From Azolla caroliniana (taxonomy: Eukaryota; Plantae; Polypodiophyta), in contig JBHGNT010000003.1 in NCBI GenBank assembly GCA_043228905.1, positions 22,568,001 to 22,632,000 of the forward strand: 64,000 bases of DNA, read 5' to 3'. The notes under the pieces are model-generated. The model was not told where the DNA came from. It searched no databases and was given only the letters and a program-made list of their open reading frames with translations. Position 1 is the first letter of the stretch, and the number at the start of each line of letters is the position of its first letter. Made by a program: the position numbers and the translations under genes. Below are positions 1 through 10,616 of this stretch, piece after piece.

Positions 1-1257
1 CTCATTATTGATTGCATTTGGTTGATCCATATACATCGTGCCTACTGAATTTTCTCATGAATCTTTAAAGCTAAAATCCTTCGGTTTCACATATATAAAT
101 CAGAAACAAAAAACGAACTAGATATGAGTACATACATGTAAGAGCAACTTGATGTTGATCAATAGTTGAAATTTGCATTCCATTTGATGATTTTATAATT
201 TTCCATTACAATATTTTGGGATACAAATTACAATCTATCCTTCAATTTACTTTACAATCCATGAATTGAGAAATACTTAAAATATGCATCACAATATAGT
301 GCTTCGCTTTGCATCACAATCGATTGAGCTGAGAAATGCTCAAATTATGCATCTCAATATAATGCTTCAAATTGTATTAGAAATTGATGATGTCTGTATA
401 CACACGTGGATTGAAATTTACTCGCAATCCCTGAATATGTATATAATACAACTTAGAAAGTAAGACTATGAAATGAAGAACTGTGTGCATTTGCTTGTGT
501 TAAAAAAGGATATCGTTTCCATAATTATTTGCCAACTTATACCAAGAATTGCATTTGTTTTTTCATCTAAGCTTTAACCAGGAATTTTTCCTAGTTGTCC
601 ATCCGCTGCATGCCTGTAATTCACATAATATGCTGTAGATGTTCGGAACTGACCAAATTGAGTATAAGATAAATAAAGCAATCTTGAACTGTACATCAAT
701 CCAAATCCAATTATCATAAGATCCCAATGTATGAATAATCACGACAATAATAATAAGAAAACCTCTCTTGAGAAAGGTCTGCATGTATATTACCTCGCTT
801 GAGAGGTATATGCATATATTTAGCTCCATCCATTTCCTAGTTCATAGATTAATCTGATATTTTCTTTATGAAGAGACACCTCTCTTGAGAGAGGCTGTGC
901 ATATATTTAGCTTCATCCATACAGAAGATAGTTTGCTTCACTAAGAGACACACCTCTCTTGGGAGGGGCATGCATACTTCGGTTGAACATAGAATCCAGG
1001 TTTTGTGGAAAAAATGGGATATTTTTTCTTCCTCATGAAAAGCAAGAATGCATTGCTTCACTATAGAGAAATCTCTCTCACTCAATATACGAGTAGGCAT
1101 GAACACAGCGTTTGGTTCATCGAATTCCTACCCTTTTTGGTTCTTTACTGCCACTACCTATACATTGGGCTTTTTGCAAGCTTCTTATCTCTTTTATTTA
1201 CAGACAACCCAATGTCATACAACACTTGGCATTTGTCAAGTGCTACCCTAAAAGACC

Positions 1258-4047
1258 TCACGACCTTCCTTGGAAGAGACCACTCAATACTCTCTCCAAG
1301 TCTTGGGCACTATATTTCTCATACTTGCTCTTACTACCATCTTGTTCAAGGAGAGCTCCATAGGTCTGAAGATATGTCCTATAAGAAGGAACAATACATT
1401 TCACAACCTTTATGCACATCTTCTCTCTAAGCTCAGCATCAGGAACAACCCATTTCATGTGTTTTTCATAGAGATCTTCGAATGCAATGTTAAAAGCTTT
1501 GAGCTTTGATTTGAGAAGCTCTCTAGTCGATGCTCTGCTTATGCCTGTGAAGGTAGTAGAGGTAGAAACATTGAGATTATGAACAATTTTTTCCCAGCCT
1601 TCTTTCATGTAAAGAGACATATGATCCTCGGCTTCTTGCTTTTTATCCTTAATCCACTTCTCTCCCACCATAGCCTTGAGCCCTGGTGAAATTTGAAAAT
1701 TCACCCACAAGTACCAATAGTTGTTGCAAAGGAAGAGATGGAAAAGAACGGGCTCTTCTTCCTTGAACGACGAAGCCCATTCTAGCATATTAAATACTAA
1801 TGCATTCACAATCTTGACCACAGCTCGAGAAAGAGGTCGATCACAGTTTTTTTTTGATATATTTGTTGCATTATTATCTTTCACCATGATTGCATTGCCA
1901 TCACTATTATTGTTATTATTAGTGTTACTATTATTATTATCCTTCCAACTCTCATAGATGATGAGGATTTGAGACATGATAGGTCCGTAGAAATCACCAA
2001 CAAGATGCTTGACATAGGCTAATACAAAGCTGGAAACCTTGGGCAAACTTCCATCAATTTTTGGAGGAACCTTTCTCTGCTTCTCTATTTGAACCTTAAG
2101 CTCTAATAAGATGTTATGTGCACCTTGCACTATCATTTTCAACAAATCTCTGGTTTTCTGTTGCAAGTGTCGGCATCCATGACTACAGAAAAGTTTTGTG
2201 AAGGTTGGCCAAAGATTATTCATGGTTTCAAACATATCCAGCAATTTGAAGAGCTTTGGTGGTTCATCTCTACTCTTAACTGAAGCTTCTCCGAATTGCA
2301 AAAGCTCAAGAAGTCCAGACCCAGAGGAAATTTTACTAAAAGTTTCTTCGAGTAAATCACCATAACCGAGCTCCTTCTCGAAGACTTGGCTACAAAGATG
2401 ATATTCAGCATCACATACACGTGTCACTATCATTTCAATGTCTTTAGTCCAGGAAACTATATGCATTTCAATGTTCGTCCACTCGAGTTTTGTTCCTGAT
2501 TTCATGAGATGAAGATAGCCCAAAGGGATAGGTTTCAAAGCTGCTCTGATAACCTTTAATCTAGCCATTGTATACATATTCAAGCATCGTTCTCTTCTAA
2601 TGCCACTCGGTTCTGCCGTTAGTTTCTGTAAGATAAGTTGGAGATTTCTTCTTGTTTGAGTGGATAGATTATACGAAGACCAAGAAGAAGAAAAGCTAGT
2701 ATCTAAATTAATAGAAGGTAAGCTTCCCATAGACAGGATCCTTTGGAACTCACCTTCCAACCTATTTAAGGCTTCAGAGAGAAGACCTCCGTCCAGGTTT
2801 AATGCTTCTTCACCACTTCTCTGCAAAGCTTGCAGAGTTTCTAATTGAGAAGACATCCTCTTCATGCATCCATCTTTTTCTTCCTCAATCACTTCTTCAT
2901 TTTTCCTCAGAACTTCAACCATTTCTTGAAGCCATTCAATGGCCATAGGACAATTCTCTGACAAGAATGAGCGTGCTTCTTCAAGACGAGATATGAGACC
3001 AATATAACCGGGAAGATCATGTTGAGGATCTTGAAAGATTGATTTCTCAAGGTCATGCATCGCATCAAAAACCTGCAGAACAGCAGAAGCTGGGGCTATA
3101 GCTTTATCTATACTCAAAGGTAGATCATCTATGGCTAATTTCTTGTGATATCTCATCGGTTTGAATTCCAGTTCTAAGGTTGGGATACTCTGAGCTATAG
3201 TGTGAAGACGAGTCTTGTTCAGATCTTCCTGTAATGTTTGGCATTTCTGCATCGCTGTGTTTAGCTTGTTCCGAGCAGTGAGAAGCTCTGAGAGTTTTCC
3301 ATTAATTCCAGAAGAAGTAAAACTAGAGATCTTCTTCTCCTTCTGATCTTTGCTATCGGTATAATTTGCAATAAATCCTGGTCCTGACAGAGAAATGTTT
3401 CCATGGATCCTTGACACAGGATAAGCACCAATAGAGAACCTCTCCTTCTCTGTACTTCTGCACGTACAATAGTTGTCCCTAGTTAAGGCTGATTCTGACA
3501 GAGAGAGCTTTCCATTGATCGATGGAACAGGATAAGAATTAATAGAGATCTTCTCCTTCTGAATTTTTCTGTCAGTGCAGTCTGCGATAGCTTTTGCGTC
3601 AAACAGAGAAAGGTTTCTATTTACCGTTGAGGACGGACCAGAAATGAATGTGTTCTCGTTCACTGTACTTCTGCAGGTTCTATAGACTGTCGTATCTTCT
3701 GCTGTTGACAGAGAAAGGTTTCCATGGATCACTGAGACAAGATCCGACGTAGAGATCATATTCTTCTTATCATATCTACAGGTATAATCTGCGGTTGCTG
3801 CTGTTTCTGAGATCCTTGAAGCAGAATAATCTCTCATAGATTCAGCTGCCGACAGAGAAAAGTTTCCATGGATTAGGGAAGTATCAGAACAAATAGATAT
3901 ATTCCCCTTCTCTTTAATTCTGCACATATAATAGTCGGCCATACCTGGTGATGTCCCTGACGTAGAAAAGCTTCCATGGATTCTTGGGACAGGATCATAA
4001 GTGGATGACATATTCTTCCTCTCTTTCCTGCACGTGTAATCTGTCAT
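1258..4047 (-). CDS. EXO70: Exocyst subunit EXO70, EXO70G-like, with repetitive N-terminal extension (929-aa ORF; true start may lie in an upstream mini-exon)
   Basis: From residue ~254 the ORF reads ELLTARNKL...IDKAIAPASAVLQVFDAMHDLEKSIFQDPQHDLPGYIGLISRLEEARSFLSENCPMAIEWL, matching the recalled N-terminus of plant EXO70G1. It also has PPKLFKLLDMFE, DGSLPKVSSFV, LFLCNNYWY and the C-terminal FEDLYEKHMKWVVPDAELREK..IVPSYRTYL..KYSAQDLE typical of EXO70. Confidence 0.93.
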   Translation of the reverse strand: MTDYTCRKERKNMSSTYDPVPRIHGSFSTSGTSPGMADYYMCRIKEKGNISICSDTSLIHGNFSLSAAESMRDYSASRISETAATADYTCRYDKKNMISTSDLVSVIHGNLSLSTAEDTTVYRTCRSTVNENTFISGPSSTVNRNLSLFDAKAIADCTDRKIQKEKISINSYPVPSINGKLSLSESALTRDNYCTCRSTEKERFSIGAYPVSRIHGNISLSGPGFIANYTDSKDQKEKKISSFTSSGINGKLSELLTARNKLNTAMQKCQTLQEDLNKTRLHTIAQSIPTLELEFKPMRYHKKLAIDDLPLSIDKAIAPASAVLQVFDAMHDLEKSIFQDPQHDLPGYIGLISRLEEARSFLSENCPMAIEWLQEMVEVLRKNEEVIEEEKDGCMKRMSSQLETLQALQRSGEEALNLDGGLLSEALNRLEGEFQRILSMGSLPSINLDTSFSSSWSSYNLSTQTRRNLQLILQKLTAEPSGIRRERCLNMYTMARLKVIRAALKPIPLGYLHLMKSGTKLEWTNIEMHIVSWTKDIEMIVTRVCDAEYHLCSQVFEKELGYGDLLEETFSKISSGSGLLELLQFGEASVKSRDEPPKLFKLLDMFETMNNLWPTFTKLFCSHGCRHLQQKTRDLLKMIVQGAHNILLELKVQIEKQRKVPPKIDGSLPKVSSFVLAYVKHLVGDFYGPIMSQILIIYESWKDNNNSNTNNNNNSDGNAIMVKDNNATNISKKNCDRPLSRAVVKIVNALVFNMLEWASSFKEEEPVLFHLFLCNNYWYLWVNFQISPGLKAMVGEKWIKDKKQEAEDHMSLYMKEGWEKIVHNLNVSTSTTFTGISRASTRELLKSKLKAFNIAFEDLYEKHMKWVVPDAELREKMCIKVVKCIVPSYRTYLQTYGALLEQDGSKSKYEKYSAQDLERVLSGLFQGRS

Positions 4048-4075
4048 AGCGTCTGCGGCTGCTGACAGAGAAGGA
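3288..4075 (-). repeat. Coding tandem repeat array, ~105-bp/~35-aa units, ~7 full copies plus partials
   Basis: Recurring DYTCR-x-K-rich-x-S..P..IHG(N/K)LSLS motif, and recurring DNA motif atccatggaaa..ttctctgtc. Confidence 0.9.
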
Positions 4076-4111
4076 CGATCTCAAGACGAGCAAAGATTTT
4101 CATCAACGCTC

Positions 4112-4172
4112 GAAGAAGAAGAAGAAGAAGAAGAAGAAGAAGAAGAAGAAGAAGAAGGAAGAAGGAAGAAGG
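4112..4172. repeat. (GAA)n microsatellite
   Basis: Direct reading of the sequence. Confidence 0.95.
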
Positions 4173-4990
4173 AAAATGAGGAACAAAGAAATTGAACAAG
4201 AACTGCGATAAAATAAGCGTAATTCGCTCGCTCTGACTGTAGCACAATCCTTTACTACCTCCACAGGAGAGTTTTATTGGTAAGCTTGAAAGAGGAAAGA
4301 AGAAGAAGAACAATAGCAACAATGCTCGCAAATAGCCTGCTCTGCCTGTCGAGAAGATGATGAAGAAGAAGAGTTTGCTGCTAAATCTTCAGTAAAACGT
4401 AATTCGTTTGCTTTACAAATCAAATATGACTCTTTTACTATCTTCACGGGGGAGTTATAGTGGAAAGCTTGAATCCAACTGTTCGCAGAAGCAGAAGAAG
4501 AAGAAAGATAAAAAGAAAGAAGAGGATGGAAGAAAACGAACTAGTACATTTCGCATTCGCTTTCTCTGCAATTCCTCTCTTCTCTGAGATCCTTCTTCTC
4601 ACATTTCTGTCATAAGAGCATTTCAGACAGTCTCTGCACAGATCAACATCTTATTTCCTTCATAAAATTGAGCCTTCACAGTTCTTCAGAAACTCGCCAT
4701 AGATCATCTTTTTACAAACTCACCATAGATAATTTTCTTCGCAAATGGATCAGTACAGATTTATCCTTCCGAATTTCACCATAGCTAAGTAATTCTTGAA
4801 GAAACATCCCCAAAGATCAAACTTTCTTCACAAACTGATCTGCACAGTTTTTTTACCCACCATACTGATCAAATTTCGCTCAGAAAACCTGTTGCGTACA
4901 GATGTTGATCCCGTCACAGAAGTCACCACGGATTAATTTTTCTTGGCAGAAACCTAATCTGCAAATATGTTAATCCGTCAAAGTACTCAC

Positions 4991-5000
4991 CATACACCAT
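4991..5000 (-). CDS. Putative first coding mini-exon of EXO70 (ATG GTG TAT G | GTGAGT, phase-1 donor)
   Basis: The minus strand reads atggtgtatg|gtgagtactt, a consensus 5' donor. Phase 1 is in frame with the acceptor ccttctctgtcag| at 4063-4062. A pyrimidine-rich 5'UTR-like tract lies upstream (5090-5125). Confidence 0.5.
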
Positions 5001-5507
5001 TTCATTATTTTTTTACTTCTCCGACACAAAGTAATGTTTCTCACTAAAGAGAAAGCAGCAGAAACAGACAAAAGCTTCATTAATGGAGGAGAGAGAAGGC
5101 GGCAAAGAAGAAGAAGAAGAAGGATTTGTATGTGCGTCCTGTGTTACATTAATGATAGAGAAATCACAGGGAAGGAGCTATGGCTTCTTCTTTGTCGACG
5201 GTCTGGTCTGGAAACATCAATGGCCAATATAGATAGGTTATGTTTCATCAGAAACCATCATTTCCATAGCCATAGCCATAGCCATAGCCATGGCCCATAA
5301 CCATAACCATCGCCATCGATAGCATCATCACCACCACCACCACCAATGGCTGTACAATTCTTATTGATTATCATGATCTATCAATGAGCAAGCAATCATT
5401 GTCATGATGCCCGCGGGGAAAGAGAAAGAGAGAGAACACAGTGAAAGAGAGAGAGAGAGTGTGTGTGTGACGACGGATTAATTAAGAGTAATGAAGACGA
5501 AGATGGC

Positions 5508-5950
5508 TTCTCTCTCTACTCTACGGTCTCTCTCTCTCTAAATGTCGCTTCCCTCTCTCTCTACTCTGCTCTCTCTCTACTCTGCTCTCTCTCTCTCTCC
5601 CTTCTCGCTGTCCCTCTCTCTCTACTCACTCTCTACCTTCTCGCTGTCTCTCTCTCTCTACTCTCTCTCCCCCTTCTCGCTGTCCCTCTCTCTCTACTCG
5701 CTCTCTACCTTCTCGCTGTCCCTCTCTCTCTACTCTCTCTCTCTCCCTTCTCGTTGTCCCTCTCTCTCTATTCGCTCTCTACCTTCTCGCTCTCGCTCTC
5801 TCTGAGGTCTCCCTCTCTACATTCTGGCGGGTTCGCTCTCTCTCTCTCTCTCTCTCTCTCTACGTTTACGCTCTCTCTCTACTCTCTCTCTCTACATGTC
5901 GCTGTCTCTCTACTTTGTCTCCGTACGTTTGTTTTTGTCTCTCTCTCCAT
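5508..5950. repeat. CT-rich minisatellite (~35-40 bp unit ctctctctactcgctctctaccttctcgctgtc) upstream of EXO70
   Basis: Repeated ccttctcgctgtccctctctctctactc units. The ORFs here are low-complexity artefacts. Confidence 0.85.
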
Positions 5951-5959
5951 CCTACTTTG

Positions 5960-6330
5960 TAATTTATATGATAAAACATGATGTGTTGTAATTAGTGAGG
6001 AACTACTTTTATTGACATGATGTATTGTAATTGGCGAGGAACTAAAACTAGTAAGTAAGTATGATTAATTGCCAATGGGTAAGAGCTCTAATGTAAAGAG
6101 ACCTTTAGGTGCCCCACCTTTTAGTCCTCATTATCTCCCCTTTGCATCCACTAGTACCCACTTTCTTCTATTTAACTTTTCCAACTTATCATTGGAGGTA
6201 TACATGTTTTTTTTACACATTAATTGTATATTGAATTAGACATCTTGTGTGTTTCTTATTTGTTATTGATTTATTTAATTAATACAGTTATATATTTTAA
6301 TTAGTGTAATGATTAGGTGTGTGTGTCAAT
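5960..6330 (+). repeat. Dispersed non-coding repeat family, copy 1 (others at 18040-18400 minus and 22840-23110 plus)
   Basis: Shared blocks ct(c/a)atgt(a/c)aa..cc.ttg/agg tgcccca, ctc(a/c)cctttg(c/t)atc/tca, gatatacatgttttt in all three places. Confidence 0.65.
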
Positions 6331-7084
6331 TTATATTAACTCAAGACACATTGGAGGCTTCTCCGATTGTGTAAAATAGAGAGGTAAGTGTCCTTATGAG
6401 TTAGCCCCCACTGAGAGGAGGATGAATCCTTTGGACACTGACCCCGGAAGTGTTGACATTGAAAACCATGAGTCATGTTGGACCCTCCCGAAAAAATGTG
6501 AGATTTTTACCTCTATCCTAAAATCTATTTCTCTATATGTAAGGGTTTTATAAGGTTCCATAATTTAGACTTTTTTCCACCAAATCTAGCCACTTACCAA
6601 TCCCATTAATTTACCCCCCACCTCATTCATTGATCCAATGAATTTATTTGTAGAACATGTGTTACGTACAGTTTCAACTTTACCAAATGAGTTGTTGCTA
6701 TTGCAAATAATGTGCACACTGCATACGTGACAATGGGAATTGATGAGAAGGACAAGAGGTCAGTTTGCATGTTGATAGTTTTTCCATGCACAATATAGAT
6801 GCTTTTGGTTTGGATACTAGACCTTAGGGCTACAAATATTTAATGGTCGGTTACTCTGTGTGCAACTTTTGTTCATTCGCTTATTTTTCTTCAATTCTTC
6901 GTCTTGGTAAGCACGAGTTGTCATGGCACATGACTAACCCAAAGTAGGTGATAGATGCCACAAGATTTATCATAGATTGCAACTAGTTCTCCAACCTAGC
7001 CAAAGGTCCAACACACAATGGATTTTGTTGGAGAGAAGAGTAGCTATTAGTAACACTATTAGTTTAGTGATTTGTTTCATTTTG

Positions 7085-7087
<3 letters not shown>

Positions 7088-7148
<61 letters not shown>
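7088..7148. repeat. (CT)n microsatellite
   Basis: Direct reading. Confidence 0.95.
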
Positions 7149-7150
<2 letters not shown>

Positions 7151-7754
7151 ATACACGCACGCACGCACGCATGTTGCTAGTTGTAGGCAATATTTTTATT
7201 CACCCATGCATGGAAGTCGATGTTCCAGAAAGTTACTAGAATGCATGGAATTTTATTATTAGTCAAACAACCTTACCAAATTGAGCCATCTCTTTTGAGG
7301 TTCGATAAATTTGTGTAGCATATCAATGTCGTACATAGCTTTATTGAATTAATGACCCTACAACGCAACAATTATCCCCGGGTTTGTATATGTATTCTGT
7401 ATTTACTATTCGGTCAATTCTCTTCCCTTGCATCTCAAATCTCTTCTCTTGCATCCAAGTCAAATCTTTTTAGAGAGAGAAAAAACTATTGTCCATCTTT
7501 TGACATACAAGCGAAAAAGTGGATTCAACGAGTTGATTCTTCACTACAATTCATCTGTCGATTCTTCCACATCCAAAGGGTCATGGAAGACCCTAACTTA
7601 GGGTTTATACATAGTGAAAAATGTCGAATAATAATTTGGATAAAAATCGTCAATGCATTCTTCAATGACCACGCAATCAAATATTTTACTCACCAATTGG
7701 TGCTCTTTCCATAAGGGATATATTTTTTAAACAATGCTCAAGGATGATGGCAAC

Positions 7755-8199
7755 TAACAATTGGCAACGGTTCAGTTCGGTTGGAGAGTATGAAACTGTT
7801 AAACCGAACCGAACCACAAAACTGTTAAACCGAACCGTTTAAAAATTTCAATCCGCTAAACCATTAAACCGTTAAAACCGCGGTTTTGTGGTTCAATTTC
7901 AGTTTTCAACTTAGGTCACAATCCAAAATTAAAATTAAACTTTATTTTTATTTTTTAATTTTAATTTTTCAAAATTTTAAAGATTTTCCTAAAATGTGAG
8001 AATAAGGCTTGAAAATGAAATGATTGTTTAAGTTTTATTTTTAAATTTTAAATAAATAAATAAACAGTTTAAGTTGTGTTTTCTAACGGTTGAAACTGAA
8101 CCGAACCATTAAAAAAAACCTAAACTTGAAACGAACCGAACTAAACCGTTAAGCATTGGTTTTGCGGTTCGGTTCAGTTCCGACCATTGCCGACTGTTA
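7755..8199. mobile_element. hAT-type MITE
   Basis: 8-bp TSD atggcaac (7747-7754 and 8200-8207). Imperfect 17-bp TIR taacaattggcaacggt / accattgccgactgtta. Many subterminal AACCG/CGGTT motifs and an AT-rich centre. Confidence 0.9.
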
Positions 8200-8437
8200 A
8201 TGGCAACATACATTCCAAGCATTCTCTATAGGTAAAGCCATTTCAGATGGTATGGTGAAGATTTTGGATTCTTTCCCCCCCTTTTATGTGGGTTTCTGTG
8301 TAGAGAGTTAGAACATTGGATATTAGAGTCTATGTTATTCCTCTCACACATACTTGGTGACATTTTCCATGTTTCAAAGAAATGGATGTATATTTATGTA
8401 TATATGTAGGGAAATCGTGTATTTATTTGTGAGGATT

Positions 8438-8804
8438 TTTTTAAAGATTCACCTTGGTATTAATAGAAAGATGCCCAAAGGCTACAAATCAACCAACATG
8501 TTGAATAGCAAAAGCCCTCATGCAGAGCTACCTTAGAAATTGTATTTTACACATCTAAAATCGGGATCCTTCTATACTGGGGGCCGAAAAAGCCACCTTG
8601 GTGGAGCATATCTCTATTTTATTCTCTCCCCAAAAGAGATGAAGACCTCCTCCACCTTTGTTCACATTTCTCTAGAAATGTTGTTGACGAAACACAACAT
8701 CAAGCTCCACTAGTTTTTGCCTCATATTGACCTCTTAGAGTATGCAGAAGCATCAACCATATCTCCTTGACTAACTCAACTGCATTCTGTTTGACTTTTT
8801 GATG
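8438..8804 (-). mobile_element. 5'-truncated L1-like LINE 3' end (homologous to 61890-62235)
   Basis: Reverse complement aligns by eye with 61890-62235. T-run tail at ~8436-8442, and TSD-like tatttgtgag(g)att at 8424-8437 and 8805-8817. Confidence 0.7.
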
Positions 8805-10543
8805 TATTTGTGAGATTGTTCAGTAGCAATTGATAAAACAATGTTTATGTGCATATATTGACTTGTTGTAAAGTCGTTTGTTGCATGGGCCTTAAGGCAT
8901 CCATTTCTTTGTCAAACACTACATGGTATTTCATTATTTCTCCTTTGTCTCTCTTTCATGGACTTAGTCATTGCTTCCAAAATCTTTGGATGAAGCAATT
9001 GACATGCAACTTCAATGCTAGAACATGTCAAATCCTTGAAATGGTTGGCTACTTGACCACTTGAGAATGGCAACAAGAACTCCATTCCTTGTTAGAAAGT
9101 GTCGGGTCCATATCATGAGTTGGTTGTTTTTTTGACACTATCAAAATAATTGACTTCTGGGAAATACCCATTGATTTAGAACTTGGCACATGTTGCAAGG
9201 AATTTTTGTATATCATGGACATGGGACCAAATGACTATAATGAGTTCTATGACTATATTGAGTCCTCAATAGAGCGAGATGTTTTATGTTCAAATGGTAC
9301 AATCGACTCACAAGTTGTAGCTTATGGTATTAAGAACCATCTTTTCAGTGAGAAATGTTAGTTGGTAGGCCATTCCTTGATTGTATTAGAAACTCCCATT
9401 TTGTAGAGAGACTAGTTGAGCTTGAGGTAGTTTCCTTTTCTTGTTGACTTTTTTTTGGGTTCCATGTGATTTGATGATGAAGGACTTTTAGCCTTCCTCC
9501 CCCCGCCTCCCTCTCCTTTAGTATTTCTATACTCCTTTTTCAGAGCTCTATGCTCTCTTTACACAAGTCCCTTTCCTTTTGCCATGTGATGACTTTGAGT
9601 TGTAGGGGAATGTTTTTCTTTAGTGGTATCGTGTTCACATGAGCCATATCTCATTTGTTGAAGGAAAGTAATAAACACCATACCTCTCATTTCACATGTG
9701 GTCCTCCAACATAAACTCTTTTACTTTTCTTGTCTTATCCCATTCTCTCTTAGATCACATGTGGCCCTTCAAGAACACATCACCCTCTAAAAGGTTACCT
9801 AACCATATCAACGAAGTATGCACCACTAAACAACTGTCTCACTAAAAGGTTGATATTTGATCAATAATCGGATCGTGCCTAGGAAGTTCACACCACTTGG
9901 CCTCTCTCCTCTCTCTCAAAAAAATAAAATAAAATAAACGTAAATACAAATGAGATCAAGTTGGAGAAGACTCATTCAATCCTATTTCAAGATGCATTAG
10001 GTGAACTCTTTTACAATGTTGAATGTGTTGTATGAGGCTTGTGGATAACATATTGATTTTTTAATTCATCCCATCACTCTCTTTTTTATAGGCGTTGCTA
10101 ATCATAGTTAGGAAGTCTACATGAGTAGAACTCCTTGTCTATTGGCACTAGAGCAAACCTCAATTGAACAAAAGTAGAGTTATTTTTACTATTAGAGTTT
10201 TTATTTTGCGAAAGTAGAATATTGCCATGGTGGTATGCCACATTCCACATTATATCAATGTGGTTTATCTCTAAAATTTAAACTTAATTTGGCTTGCTAG
10301 TTCAAGTATCCTTCAAAACTAGGAAATAATGCCCCAAACTTTTCATTTTGTGACTTGTCCTCTTGATGTGGAAATTGGTTGTTTCAACTTGCTTATTAAT
10401 TTTAGTTTCATGAAATCATGATAAATTGATATACAATGGCACAATTTCAAGAGAACTGAAACAAAGTTATTGTAGTAAAATGTTGTTGACCAAAACAATG
10501 ATTTATATTTTATGAGACAAGGTTTCGGTACACATGTGCGCAC

Positions 10544-10557
10544 CTCTCTCTCTCTCT

Positions 10558-10613
<56 letters not shown>
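10544..10613. repeat. (CT)n(CA)n compound microsatellite
   Basis: Direct reading. Confidence 0.95.

Positions 10614-10616
<3 letters not shown>

Noticed and set aside
1895-1945. Asn-rich insert in EXO70 as a novel domain
   Set aside because: Simple (AAT)-type slippage in a variable loop.
4044-4331. 95-aa ORF with a signal-peptide-like poly-Leu
   Set aside because: Arises from (TTC)n microsatellites with a non-ATG start, in a probable intron.
5463-5981. 172-aa Leu/Ser-rich ORF as a membrane protein
   Set aside because: It is a translation of the CT minisatellite.
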